DNA from: an uncultured Eudoraea sp.
GTDB taxonomy: Bacteria; Bacteroidota; Bacteroidia; Flavobacteriales; Flavobacteriaceae
Assembly (NCBI GenBank): GCA_965363995.1
Contig: CBDTVZ010000001.1
Location: 10,928 to 74,927, forward strand
Direction: 5' to 3'
DNA length: 64,000 nucleotides
In this document: in pieces, positions 30,101 to 40,300 of the stretch
How the letters are laid out: every line of letters begins with the position of its first letter
Numbering within the stretch: position 1 is the stretch's first letter
Translations under genes and position numbers: made by a program
The notes under the pieces: generated by a model
Databases searched by the model: none
What the model was told of the DNA's origin: nothing
The model's input: the letters and a program-made list of their open reading frames with translations, nothing else

Positions 30101-30533
30101 TACTCACATAAATATCAAGCAACCCATCCTGGTTAATATCAACCATAACAACTCCGGTAGACCAAGGCTTAGATCCTTTTACACCGGCTTTTTCAGAGAT
30201 GTCCTCAAACTTTAATCCACCCTTATTGAGGTAAAGTTTGTTGGAGACCATATTTCCCGTCATATAAATATCGGGCAATCCATCATTGTTTATATCTCCA
30301 ATGGACACTCCGCCACCATTGTAGAAATTTCTATACTTAAAAATGTTGAAGTTTTTTTGGTTTTCAACTTTGTTAAGGAAGTCTATACCGGTATGTGAAG
30401 AAGGCAGCAGCGTAAAGAGGGTAGGATTGACATTCTTAATTTCCTTATAATTTTCTTTTTCTGAATTACACGATATGGTAATTGCAAGTAAAAGTATAAG
30501 ACCTGCAATTCTTTTTAATCCTGATAGTATCAT
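27174..30533 (-). CDS. FG-GAP/VCBS-repeat, ASPIC/UnbV-domain lipoprotein (paralog)
   Basis: Lipobox TISC; same architecture as 23927-27181, with an 8-bp gene overlap. Confidence 0.9.
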   Translation of the reverse strand: MILSGLKRIAGLILLLAITISCNSEKENYKEIKNVNPTLFTLLPSSHTGIDFLNKVENQKNFNIFKYRNFYNGGGVSIGDINNDGLPDIYMTGNMVSNKLYLNKGGLKFEDISEKAGVKGSKPWSTGVVMVDINQDGLLDIYVSNAGNMKGNNHDNDLYINNGDLTFTEKAADYNLAKTGFSTQASFFDYDKDGDLDAYILNNSNIPVSSLGYAEQREIRAQDWEGIPDIFKGVGDMLLRNDNGKFVDVSEDAGIYGSLIGFGLGVMITDINKDLYPDIYVSNDFYERDYLYINNQDGTFKEDIKNRTSHLSLSAMGIDISDINNDGNADIFITDMLPEPDQRVKSIMEFEGYNVYKLKQSKDFYQQYIQNTLQLNNGNGSFSEIAYFSGVDATDWSWAGLLFDMDNDGLRDIYITNGINHDLTDLDFIDFFANEIIQNMVLTGKKESIDSIINKMPVRPQPNYAYRNNGDLTFSNANKDWGFEIPSLSNGAAYGDLDNDGDLDIVVNNVNMESFVYENNANSLTENNYIKLRFEGQKENKFAVGTTVMLYYDKNVILQELVPSRGFQSSMDHVMTIGLGTSKIIDSLRVIWPDDKTEKLEEIPANQFLTFKHSDAMEVYTPLIKEKKPSLLKEIQNNQLIAHKENVYNDFDYEGLIYMQLSQEGPALAVGDIDGDGNEDVFIGGAKNQSGIVYKHSGNGTLRVTNQNSLEKDAEYEDTAATFFDADGDLDLDLIVGSGGNQVGEEKNYVARLYLNNGDGSFVKSGERLPSTFANISTIAPSDYDNDGDTDLFIGSRSVVGTYGIDPKHLLLENKGDGTFENVTERNAYDLKDAGMITDAIWADIDGDSKKDLITVSDWGTPKIFKNSGRQLSFQNSTLDSLSGWWNVAEAVDLDKDGDNDLILGNQGSNLHYKPGIDRPMKMWINDFDDNGTIEQIVTQNIDGKDYPHHQKKDLTTQMVALKKQNLKASEYSKKTIEELFPAEIFGNSIMKESVISESIIAVNEGNGNFSVIKLPSRSQLSCILDISCADVNNDGNLDLIMGGNNFEFKPQYSRLDANYGNVLLGDGALGFEWQDYDTSGFYIRDEIKQLKQFKDKTGKTYLIVAINENKPKIFAIDE

Positions 30534-30557
30534 TTTTGTATGCTGCTTGTTTTTTTC

Positions 30558-30860
30558 CTAATTAATAGTAGAATCCTTATTAATGGTTATGTTGCAGTTG
30601 TAACTTCCCTCTATAATTTTATTCCTAAGATCTTTTGCCTGTCCGGCATCATTAAAATTCTGTTTCCCAACCTCTACAAAACCATCTTTTTAATCATTTC
30701 GCAAAATTACACCATGTTGTGCATCCATCCTATCCAATTGGGAGCAAATTTCATGATTGCCCTCAACAATTAACATAACTTTAAAACTATCTTAATTAAG
30801 GATTTCAATGGTTATAAATTTCACCCCGGAGACAGGAGAAACAGGAGGCAAATGTTTTAG
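30558..30860 (-). pseudogene. Decayed 3' remnant of a third FG-GAP/ASPIC-UnbV gene
   Basis: Manual translation: LKHLPPVSPVSGVKFITIEILN*DSFKVMLIVEGNHEICSQLDRMDAQHGVILRND*KDGFVEVGKQNFNDAGQAKDLRNKIIEGSYNCNITINKDSTIN*. Colinear with the C-terminus of 27174-30533; two in-frame TAA at 30792-30794 and 30690-30692. Confidence 0.75.
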
Positions 30861-30940
30861 TAAATGTCTATTCTAAGCAAAATGTCAGAAATTGAAATGT
30901 TGTCCGGGTTTACTTAATATTGATTGGTATGTACGGGAAT

Positions 30941-30972
30941 AATAAAGGGTTGATTAAATTCAACCCTTTATT
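30941..30972 (-). terminator. Intrinsic terminator after the SSS gene
   Basis: AATAAAGGGTTGA-TTAAAT-TCAACCCTTTATT perfect 13-bp inverted repeat, 27 bp past the stop codon. Confidence 0.75.
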
Positions 30973-30999
30973 TCAATTATTTTTAATAACAAACAAGAA

Positions 31000-32652
31000 T
31001 TAATTCCAGAAGAGTGCATAAATAGTAGCGATAATGATCATCGCCGCAAAGGCCCCAACATTGAATTTTGCACTGGTATTAAACAAACCTTTTGTAAGCG
31101 GAATGCCTTTTGGATCATCCTCGCCTTTATTTTGATTAAGACTGACAAAAACTATAACCAGCATCGTAAGTAGCGCCGTGTATGCCATCTGGTCCAAAAA
31201 CGGGACATCCGCAAAAATAGGACTATCAGACCAACCGCTGGGGGCTACTTTGAAATAAAAAGCTATAGGTATAGACACCAATGCACCAACTATAGCGCCT
31301 CTATTGGTTGTTTTCTTCCAGAATAAGCCTAACATAAATACGGCCAATATTCCGGGACTTACCAATCCTGTCCATTCCTGTATAAACTGGAATGCCTGAT
31401 CTATTCCACCCAATAATGGTGCCATGACACATGCAATAGCAAGTGCTACGGCTGCTGAAAGACGACCCACATTCACTGTTTTCTTGTCAGAGGCATTTGG
31501 ATTAATATATTGCTTATAAATATCCATGGTAAAAATGGTGGATGTAGAATTTAACATAGACGCCAGGGAAGAAACAATGGCAGCTGCCAAAGCTGCAAAA
31601 GCGACTCCTTTAAGCCCGGTTGGTAAAAATTGCAATAACCATGGGTAAGCCTTATCTGCTTGTTCAAGGGAAGGTAGATTTTGCTGCCCGACTTCTCCAA
31701 GACGATTCATAATCTCGGCATCATGGATCATTACATATGCTGCAATGCCCGGCACAACTACTATAACCGGAATTACTATTTTTAAAAAGGCAGCCAGAAT
31801 TATTCCCTTTTGTGCTTCTCTTAAAGACTTAGCTGCCAGCGCTCTCTGAATGATATATTGGTTAAAACCCCAATAATATAAGTTAGCCACCCACAGACCA
31901 CCAACCAGTACCCCCAATCCAGGTAAATTAGCATATTCCGGATTGGACTTATCCAGTATCATTACAAATTTTTCAGGGACAGTTTCGTAAACTATTTTGA
32001 GACCTTCTATAACTCCCTGCCCGTCGGAGACTGTATTTAACGCTAAATACGACGTTACTAAACCTCCGAAAACCAGAAAAATAACCTGAATCACATCTGT
32101 CCAGGCAACGGCAGAAAGACCTCCGTAAAGGGAATATGCTGAAGCGAATAAGGACAGCCCAATTACACCGTAAACCATAGGAATCCCCATTATGGTCTCC
32201 AATGCCAGTGAGCCTAAATACAATACGGATGCAAGGTTTACAAAAACATAAAGAGCAATCCAGAAAACTGCCAAGATTGTTTTTAAATTTGTTGAATACC
32301 TTTGCTCTACAAACTCCGGGATCGTATAAAGACCTTTTTCAATAAAAATTGGCAGGAAAAATTTACCGACGATAAGTAAAGTGATTGCCGCCATCCATTC
32401 ATAGGATGCTATGGCTAATCCTACCGCAAATCCTGATCCGGACATCCCGATAAATTGTTCAGCAGAAATATTGGCTGCGATCAGGGAGGCTCCAATGGCC
32501 CACCAGGGTAAAGATTTACTGGCAAGGAAATAATCTTCGGCATTCTTCTGATGCCCTTTTTTATCCCTGGACACCCACAAGCCTACTCCTAAAATTAAGA
32601 AGGCATATGCGATAAAAATAAAATAATCCCAAAATCCGAAAGCTGACGTCAT
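31000..32652 (-). CDS. Sodium/sugar symporter (SSS family, vSGLT-like)
   Basis: EDYFLASKSLPWWAIGASLIAANISAEQFIGMSGSG; YWGFNQYIIQRALAA. Confidence 0.93.
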   Translation of the reverse strand: MTSAFGFWDYFIFIAYAFLILGVGLWVSRDKKGHQKNAEDYFLASKSLPWWAIGASLIAANISAEQFIGMSGSGFAVGLAIASYEWMAAITLLIVGKFFLPIFIEKGLYTIPEFVEQRYSTNLKTILAVFWIALYVFVNLASVLYLGSLALETIMGIPMVYGVIGLSLFASAYSLYGGLSAVAWTDVIQVIFLVFGGLVTSYLALNTVSDGQGVIEGLKIVYETVPEKFVMILDKSNPEYANLPGLGVLVGGLWVANLYYWGFNQYIIQRALAAKSLREAQKGIILAAFLKIVIPVIVVVPGIAAYVMIHDAEIMNRLGEVGQQNLPSLEQADKAYPWLLQFLPTGLKGVAFAALAAAIVSSLASMLNSTSTIFTMDIYKQYINPNASDKKTVNVGRLSAAVALAIACVMAPLLGGIDQAFQFIQEWTGLVSPGILAVFMLGLFWKKTTNRGAIVGALVSIPIAFYFKVAPSGWSDSPIFADVPFLDQMAYTALLTMLVIVFVSLNQNKGEDDPKGIPLTKGLFNTSAKFNVGAFAAMIIIATIYALFWN

Positions 32653-32757
32653 AATTAGTTTGGTTGCTGGTTTAATAAGTACTAATTGCTCAATTTAGGT
32701 CAAATTCTCTTTTAATGAAAAAATTGATTTGAATATTATTGCCTTTTAACTTTATGT

Positions 32758-34083
32758 CTAGAGGTGTTGATTTATTATATTTTCAAACAACTCTTGTTTA
32801 CCGCTCTGTAATTCTAATTCTCCATTTGACTTTGCAATGTCATAAAGATCATCCAGATCTAATTTCCCAAGTTCATAATCCTTTCCTATGCCTGAATCAA
32901 AGGACTGGTAACGCTTTTTTCTCAGATCAATATAAGGGGAAGAAGTCATAATCCTGTCTGCAATAAGCAGTGCCCTGGCAAAGGTATCTGCACCACCAAT
33001 ATGAGCATGGAATACGTCATCCAGATCAGTAGAATTTCGTCTTATTTTAGCGTCAAAATTAATTCCACCGCCTTGCAAACCTCCTGCTTTCAAAAATGTG
33101 AGCATGGCTTCAGTTACTTCAGTAATATTATTAGGAAATTGATCTGTGTCCCAACCATTCTGGTAATCACCCCGATTTGCATCAATACTCCCCAGCATTC
33201 CATGGGCGGCAGCAACTTCCATTTCGTGTTGCATAGTATGACTTGCCAAGGTGGCATGATTGACTTCAAGATTCAGTTTAAAATCGTCCTGTAATCCGTA
33301 CTGATGCAGAAATCCAACTACCGTAGCAGCGTCAAAATCATACTGGTGTTTCATGGGTTCCATTGGCTTTGGTTCTATAAAGAATGTTCCCTTAAAACCC
33401 TGTTGCCTTGCATAATCTCTTGCTGTTGCCAAAAATCTGCCCATATGGTCCAATTCTCGTTTCATGTCTGTATTTAACAAAGACATATAACCTTCGCGTC
33501 CTCCCCAAAAAACATAATTCTCGCCATCGAGAGCCATGGTGGCATCCAGGGCAAGTTTTATCTGCCCTCCGGCCCTTGCCAATACGTTAAAATCCGGATT
33601 AGTAGAGGCTCCATTCATATATCTGGGATTAGAAAAACAATTGGCTGTACCCCATAAAAGTTTTACTCCTGAAGCTGCTTTCTTCTCTTTAATATAGTCG
33701 ACTATTGCGGAAAGTCTCCTTTCAGATTCTGAAAATGAACTCCCTTCTCTTATCAGATCAAAATCATGAAAGCAGAAATAGTTAAACCCCATTTTTGTAA
33801 TAAACTCAAAGGCAGCATCGGCCTTGGCTTTTGCCGCATCGATAGGATCACTATAATTATCCCAGGGAAAATTTTGTGTACCCGGACCAAAAGGATCGGC
33901 CCCTACACCACAAAAGGTATGCCAGTAGGCCACTGCAAATCTTAAGTGGTCTCCCATGGTTTTACCCGCCACAAGCTGATCCGCATTATAGTATTTAAAA
34001 GCCAGGGGATTATCAGATTCTTTGCCTTCAAAACGTATTTCCTCTATTCCCGAATAAAACTCCTTGTTTCCAATAAGTGCCAT
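32758..34083 (-). CDS. xylA: Xylose isomerase (class II)
   Basis: [40 protein letters not shown]. Confidence 0.97.
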   Translation of the reverse strand: MALIGNKEFYSGIEEIRFEGKESDNPLAFKYYNADQLVAGKTMGDHLRFAVAYWHTFCGVGADPFGPGTQNFPWDNYSDPIDAAKAKADAAFEFITKMGFNYFCFHDFDLIREGSSFSESERRLSAIVDYIKEKKAASGVKLLWGTANCFSNPRYMNGASTNPDFNVLARAGGQIKLALDATMALDGENYVFWGGREGYMSLLNTDMKRELDHMGRFLATARDYARQQGFKGTFFIEPKPMEPMKHQYDFDAATVVGFLHQYGLQDDFKLNLEVNHATLASHTMQHEMEVAAAHGMLGSIDANRGDYQNGWDTDQFPNNITEVTEAMLTFLKAGGLQGGGINFDAKIRRNSTDLDDVFHAHIGGADTFARALLIADRIMTSSPYIDLRKKRYQSFDSGIGKDYELGKLDLDDLYDIAKSNGELELQSGKQELFENIINQHL

Positions 34084-34084
34084 T

Positions 34085-35569
34085 TTAATTATCTTTTAAT
34101 GTTATTTCCAATTGGTTTTTCCAGAGTTTGTAAGCCATTTTATATTCCTTTTTATCGGATGGGGGCGAATAACTCTTAACATAATCATTGTCCATTATTT
34201 GTCTTCCAAAAGTCTCCAAATTACCTTTATGTAACATGCATGCTCTTGCAGCTCCTATGGCGCCGGTAGTATTATAAATTTCAATTTCCTGATCTATTAA
34301 ACTAGCAATAGTATTGGAAAAAACAGGAGATCTGAATAAATTATCATTAGCTGCCCTGATTACTTTGGGTTTAATACCATCTGCCTTAAGAATTTCCATA
34401 CCATATACAAAAGAAAAAGCAATACCCTCTAATGCAGCCCTGCAAAGATGTGCCCTGGAATGAATATTTAGGTTTATATTTCCCATTTGTGCTCCTAAAT
34501 CTTTATTGTCTAACATGCGCTCCGGACCATTGCCGAAAGGTAAAATAATAACTCCTTCAGAACCAATTGGTACATTTGCCGCCAACTCATTCATTTCCTG
34601 GTAGGATGCAACCTTTAAGTTATTTAATAGCCATCTGTACATAATTCCAGCACCATTCACACATAATAATTTACCAATGCGTCTGCTCTTGGGCGAATAA
34701 TTAACATGGGCAAAATTATTGACACGGGAACATTCTTTAACAGAGAGCTTGTCAGTAATAGCATAAACCACTCCAGAAGTACCGCCTGAAACTGCTACTT
34801 CACCTGGATTAAATACGTTTAGTGAAAGGGCATTATTAGGTTGATCGCCAGCGCGATAAAGGATAGGGGTACCTTCTGCCAGGCCGGTTTCCTTGGCTCC
34901 GTTTACAGAAATGTGGCCCTGGTTTGAAAAAGTAGCTACAATTTCAGGGATAAGCTCTTCATTTAAATCATAATAATCAAAAAGCCAACTGCTAATTTGT
35001 TCCTCTTCAAAATCCCAGAATATACCTTCCGAAAGGCCGGAAATGGTGGTATTAATTTTTCCAGTTAACTTATAAGCAATATAGTCGCCAGGGAGCATGG
35101 CTTTAAAACTGTTTTTATAAATATCGGGTTCATTTTCCTTAACCCATTTTAACTTAGACGCTGTAAAGTTAGCCGGGGAATTCAGCAGTTTTTGAGCACA
35201 GCTGTCGTGCCCAAGCTCATCAAATGCTTTCCTGCCAATATCAACAGCTCTTCCATCGCACCATATAATTGATTTTCTTAAGGGAATACCATCCTTATCA
35301 ACTAAAACAAGGCCGTGCATTTGGTAAGATATGCCAACTCCTTTTATTTTACCCGGATGAACTTTAGTTTCTTTAATTATTTGCTTTGTGGCATTACATA
35401 GATGCGCCCACCAATCATCAGGATCTTGTTCTGCCCATCCTTTTTTAACGGAAAGCATACTCATTTCCTTTTTAGGTTCACCTATTACGGCCAGGCTTTT
35501 ACCAGAGGCTAGTTCCACTAAGGCTACTTTTATTGAAGAACTTCCAAGGTCATAGCCTAAGGTGTACAT
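34085..35569 (-). CDS. xylB: Xylulokinase (FGGY family)
   Basis: Start [40 protein letters not shown]; adjacent to xylA. Confidence 0.92.
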   Translation of the reverse strand: MYTLGYDLGSSSIKVALVELASGKSLAVIGEPKKEMSMLSVKKGWAEQDPDDWWAHLCNATKQIIKETKVHPGKIKGVGISYQMHGLVLVDKDGIPLRKSIIWCDGRAVDIGRKAFDELGHDSCAQKLLNSPANFTASKLKWVKENEPDIYKNSFKAMLPGDYIAYKLTGKINTTISGLSEGIFWDFEEEQISSWLFDYYDLNEELIPEIVATFSNQGHISVNGAKETGLAEGTPILYRAGDQPNNALSLNVFNPGEVAVSGGTSGVVYAITDKLSVKECSRVNNFAHVNYSPKSRRIGKLLCVNGAGIMYRWLLNNLKVASYQEMNELAANVPIGSEGVIILPFGNGPERMLDNKDLGAQMGNINLNIHSRAHLCRAALEGIAFSFVYGMEILKADGIKPKVIRAANDNLFRSPVFSNTIASLIDQEIEIYNTTGAIGAARACMLHKGNLETFGRQIMDNDYVKSYSPPSDKKEYKMAYKLWKNQLEITLKDN

Positions 35570-35627
35570 ACTTTTTAATTGGTTTATGATTAGGTAATAT
35601 ATTGTTTTATGCCAAGTAACCAAAAAT

Positions 35628-35660
35628 AAAAAACCCTGATCTATATGATCAGGGTTTTTT
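35628..35660 (-). terminator. Intrinsic terminator after susD
   Basis: AAAAAACCCTGATC-TATAT-GATCAGGGTTTTTT perfect inverted repeat with T-tracts on both strands. Confidence 0.85.
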
Positions 35661-35683
35661 AAAAATATATTAAAAATAAATTT

Positions 35684-37294
35684 TTAATATCCGGGATTCT
35701 GAACCAGATTAGGGTTAAGAATAACTTGAGTCGCAGGAATAGGGAATAGCTCGCGATCTGGATTACCAATAGCATCAGGGGCTTTAAATTCCCAATCGCG
35801 GGTGTATGTGCCAAATCTAATTAAGTCTTGACGTCTCCAAAACTCATTATAAAGCTCCCTTCCTCTTTCATCTATCATATCTTGATCTGAGACACTACCT
35901 AGAGGAGTAGCATTTCGTAAAACTCGAAGTTCGTTAACCAAAGCAGTAGCGTTTCCTCCACTTCTCATGACTGCCTCTGCTTTCATTAAATGGGCATCCG
36001 AATATCTTAAGAAAATATTATGCTCTACAAAGGCACCATATCGAGGGCCATATTTGAGTACCCTAATCCCTGTTACCTGACTATTATCATTTAGGTCGGG
36101 CGCGCCTGTTGCTGCGTTGAAAAATTCTCTTGTAAAATCCAAATTAGTTCCACCGAATACAATTGGGGTCCCGTCCGGGTCATATTGTTGACCTAAAAGG
36201 AAACCAAAACCAATGTTCGTGCCATCTGCAATACCATCACCGTCAGAATCAATGGTGCCATCTTCGCCGGCAGGTGCTCCTTGAAGTGGCACACCACCTC
36301 TTCTTTCTTCCTGGTCGCCTCCTACAACATTGCTTGCAGGGCCTTCAAACAAATCATAAAATTCGGAAAGCGTAGCAAAACCATTCCATCCTCCAGATTG
36401 TTCCGGTGTAATATTATTATAATGCAGAGTATTCCAAACTCGTTGACCTATACTAGTTTTGATCCACCAAATGGTTTCACTATCTGTGGTTTCTCTAAAA
36501 ATATCGAAAAAACCTGAATGCAAGGCATAACCATCGGCGGCTATTTCATCTACCAGGGAAATCACCTTAGCCATATCAGAAGCATCGGGGCTTCCGGAGC
36601 CGTTGTAAATATGCCTGTTCAAATGAACTTTGGCCAATATGTATCTGGCAGCAGCTTTGGAAACATTAACATTCTCTGCACCTGATGGCCCGGTAGCCGG
36701 AAGTCCTGCAATAGCCGCCTCCAAATCGGAAACTATTTGAGCTACAGCATCTTCACCGGTAAGAACCGCAGGGTCCTGCAAAGGAGGATCCTCTGTATTC
36801 CTAAAAGGCACTTGTCCAAAATTGTCTAATATTATAAATACTGCCAAACCTCTGAAGAAAGCAGCAGTTGCCCTCGAATCAGGGGAAGAAGCAGACCTGC
36901 TGTCTAATACTTCACTGGCAGTTAGTTGTAACTCATTCCATGCATTCCATGTGTCCAAAATGAATTTATGATCAGGCGTCCATGAATGCTGGTGCAATTG
37001 TCTCCAAATTCCATTATCTCCCCAGTCAGATCCTCTTGTAGGAATCAATTGTTCATCTGTTGTAACCACAGTTAGGGCATATAAACCTTCTTGGGTATTA
37101 ATCATGCCATTAATAGCATTATACATGGCGGTAACAGAACTTGCGGCTTCTTCGGCCGTTGCAATACCCTCAAAGTTTGGTGCAAGTAAAGAATCGGTTT
37201 CCTCGATTTCCAGATCGGTGCACGAAAAAAGTAGCGCTAAAGCTACAAACGAAAATAATGTAGTTTTAAATTTAGTTTTTAAATAATTAATCAT
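35684..37294 (-). CDS. susD: RagB/SusD family nutrient-binding lipoprotein
   Basis: Lipobox LFSCTDL; PTRGSDWGDNG, LRYSDAHLMKAEA, ERGRELYNEFWRRQDLIRFG, NPNLVQNPGY. Confidence 0.95.
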   Translation of the reverse strand: MINYLKTKFKTTLFSFVALALLFSCTDLEIEETDSLLAPNFEGIATAEEAASSVTAMYNAINGMINTQEGLYALTVVTTDEQLIPTRGSDWGDNGIWRQLHQHSWTPDHKFILDTWNAWNELQLTASEVLDSRSASSPDSRATAAFFRGLAVFIILDNFGQVPFRNTEDPPLQDPAVLTGEDAVAQIVSDLEAAIAGLPATGPSGAENVNVSKAAARYILAKVHLNRHIYNGSGSPDASDMAKVISLVDEIAADGYALHSGFFDIFRETTDSETIWWIKTSIGQRVWNTLHYNNITPEQSGGWNGFATLSEFYDLFEGPASNVVGGDQEERRGGVPLQGAPAGEDGTIDSDGDGIADGTNIGFGFLLGQQYDPDGTPIVFGGTNLDFTREFFNAATGAPDLNDNSQVTGIRVLKYGPRYGAFVEHNIFLRYSDAHLMKAEAVMRSGGNATALVNELRVLRNATPLGSVSDQDMIDERGRELYNEFWRRQDLIRFGTYTRDWEFKAPDAIGNPDRELFPIPATQVILNPNLVQNPGY

Positions 37295-37310
37295 CGCAGT
37301 TTTTTTTAAA

Positions 37311-40300
37311 TTAAAATTTAGCATTTATTCCTAAAGTAACCGTTAATGGTCGCGGGAATGTTGTATAGTCAATTCCCTGACTTGGAATTCCGGAACCTCC
37401 AATATCACCTGTATTAGCATTTACTTCGGGATCCAGGCCAGAATAACCTGTAAACAGTAATAAATTCTGTCCGGTTAAAGAAAACCTTAGGTTCTTAAAT
37501 GTACCTTCTTCACTAAGAGGCACAGTATAGCCAACGGTTGCGTTTTGCAACCTAACAAAATCTCCTTTTTCCAAATATAAGGTAGATACTTCCTGTGTTA
37601 AGAGATCTATACCTGTGGGATCTACATTTCTTGAGGTTAAAAAGGTGGGCCTGTTTAAGAAGGCATTTCTTGTATTGTTGTAAATAGAAAACCCAAATTG
37701 TCCTGCAAAGAAAATATTGGCATCCCATCTGTCTGCTTTTAGATTAAGGGTAAGCCCTGAAGTGACATCAGGTACGGCATCCTCGCCTACAAAATCTTTG
37801 ACATCTGGATTAAAGTCAGGATTTCCACTGGCATCCTCAGAATAGGTTGCCATATAATAGGAAAAGATGGATATTCCCTCACCCAAGCGCTGTGCAAACG
37901 CATTAGAAAGTCCGGGACCCCTAATAGGAGATAAATCTGCCGTTGTACCGTTCAAACCGGAAACTTTATTGTCATTGTAGGAGATATTAAAGGCTCCGGA
38001 AAATGTTATTTTGTCGTTTTGTATAAAATCATAACCCAGTGCCAATTCTACCCCTTGGTTGATTAATTTACCATCCGACAGATTTTTAAAAACAAAAGGA
38101 TCAAAAGCTGGTGCTGCCGCCGCTTGTTTAAACAAAAGATCGGTGGTTTCTTTTCTATAAAGGTCAAGTGACGCCGTAAAACGGTCAAAGTTGATACCAA
38201 AATCAAACCCAACATTATAATCAAGAGTCTGTTCCCATTTTAGATCTGGATTTTGAACTGCAATGGTTTCCAGCCCCGGTCTGTTAATACTACCATCATT
38301 ATTAATGCTTGGATCTGCGAAGCGCTGTCTTTTAACATACTGCGCATAACCAAGACCATCCTGGTTACCTGTTATACCTCCACTTAACCTCAGTTTTAAG
38401 GTAGAAATTTTGTCGCCAATGAAATCCTCTTCATTAACTTTCCACGCAAAGGCCCCTGAAGGGAAATATCCATATTGGTTATCGGGTGAAAACTTAGATG
38501 ATCCGTCTGCCCTGAATGTGGCAGTAAACAAATATTTATTATGCAGTGTGTAATTAGCCCTTGCAAAGTATGATTGTAATTCATCCGTATTGTCGAAGGT
38601 ATTCCCCCAGGCTGAAACATATCTTTTTGTAATATCCGGGCTAAGTACCCCTGCATCGTCAAATGGAATTAGGCTGTTAACAAAACTGCCATTAGGATCG
38701 TATCCAAATTGCTGGAAGGAACCTGAAATACTAGCTGCAGCACTGCGAATAGTTTCCTTTAAGTCACGACCCATTTGGTCCAGGTAAGGGTTAGATGAAC
38801 CCCAACCCTGAGAGTTGATTCCTTGCCTGCGGAAATCCTGGTATGTAAATCCTACAATGACATCTAAATTAGAATTAGTCCAACCCTTCTTCCAATTTAC
38901 TGTTGCTTCAAGCAATTTACTGGAAGCCTCCAATGTATTGTATGAAGATTGTCCATTACCGCTAACCCGATCCAGATTATTAATAGCAGGTGCAAAAGTT
39001 GCCCTGACATTAGCATCGGACCTGTCATAACCAACAGCTACCTTGGCGTTTAAATCGTTACCATTCCTGTCTACAAGAATATCATATCCTGCCGAAAGAT
39101 TGATCAGAAACCTATCAGTATTGGTCTTCTGTTGAAAATTAGCCAAATAGTTGGCCGGGTTTAACTGGTTACCTGGAATCTGAAAACTAGGATCATCGGG
39201 CCAGGTAGGATTGGCTGCATAGGCGGCACCAATTACGTTACCACTGGCACCGGAAGCACCACTTACAGGAGGAGCTTCATCATTTACCCGTGAAAGTGAA
39301 GCTTGCAGGGAAAATTTTAACCTGTCATCAACAAAACGCTGATTAACATTTACCCTTCCCGTAATTCTTTCCTGAGAAGAATTTTGAAGAACCCCAAATT
39401 GTTTACCATAACCAAAAGTAGCTCTTATATTACCACTACCATAATTATTGGAATATGATAAGTTTGAAACCGGAGAAGCCGACGTTCTGGTTATAACTTT
39501 CTGCCAATCTGTATTGGCACCATAATCTAAACCATCCGCAATTGCCTGTGATCGTAACTCTGCTTGTTTCGCCAAAAATGCTGGTCCGTCATATAGGTCA
39601 AAATTTTCCCTGGGAGTAGCAAAACTAAGCGTTTGATCAAATTCCCAAGTGCCACCTTGTCCGGATTTACCAGTTTTTGTGGTTACAATTACTACCCCAT
39701 TGGCTCCCCTGGACCCATAAATTGCTGTGGCTGAGGCATCTTTTAAAATAGAGATACTCTCAATGTCAGCAGGGTTAATAAAATTTAAAGGGTTCTTAGA
39801 AGCATTTTCGCCACCTTGCACGTCTCCTCCACCCGGAGTGGTAGATTCTGCTGATAGCGGTATACCATCCACAACAAACAGCGGACTATTGTTGGACCGA
39901 ATGGAGTTGGCACCCCTGATCCTTATTTGTACCCCTGCACCAGGCTCACCGCTGGCCTGGGATATCTGAACCCCGGAGGTTTTACCCTGGATCAGTTGCT
40001 CTGGAGAAGCAATAATACCACCATTAAAATCTTCTGATTTAATTGCCGAAACTGCACCGGTTGCATCTTTAACCGTAGTAGTACCATAACCGATAATTAC
40101 TACTTCATCCAATGCCTGCGCATCTTCTCTTAATATTATATCGACGTTAGTTCTTTCATTTACATCGACTTCCTGAGTACTGTAGCCAATATAACTAACA
40201 ACGAGTACGGCATCGCTTTCCACATTGTTTAATGTAAAGTTACCATCAAAGTCTGTCTGTGTACCGTTGGTAGTTCCTTTTACAACAACACTAGCCCCTG

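Noticed and set aside
23927..30533. Repeated GAT/GAC-rich DNA motifs as a possible repeat array
   Set aside because: They are the coding FG-GAP (DxNxDG) protein repeats, degenerate at DNA level; not CRISPR or tandem DNA repeats
30540..30773. 77-aa plus-strand ORF
   Set aside because: Antisense to the FG-GAP pseudogene remnant; no recognisable motifs
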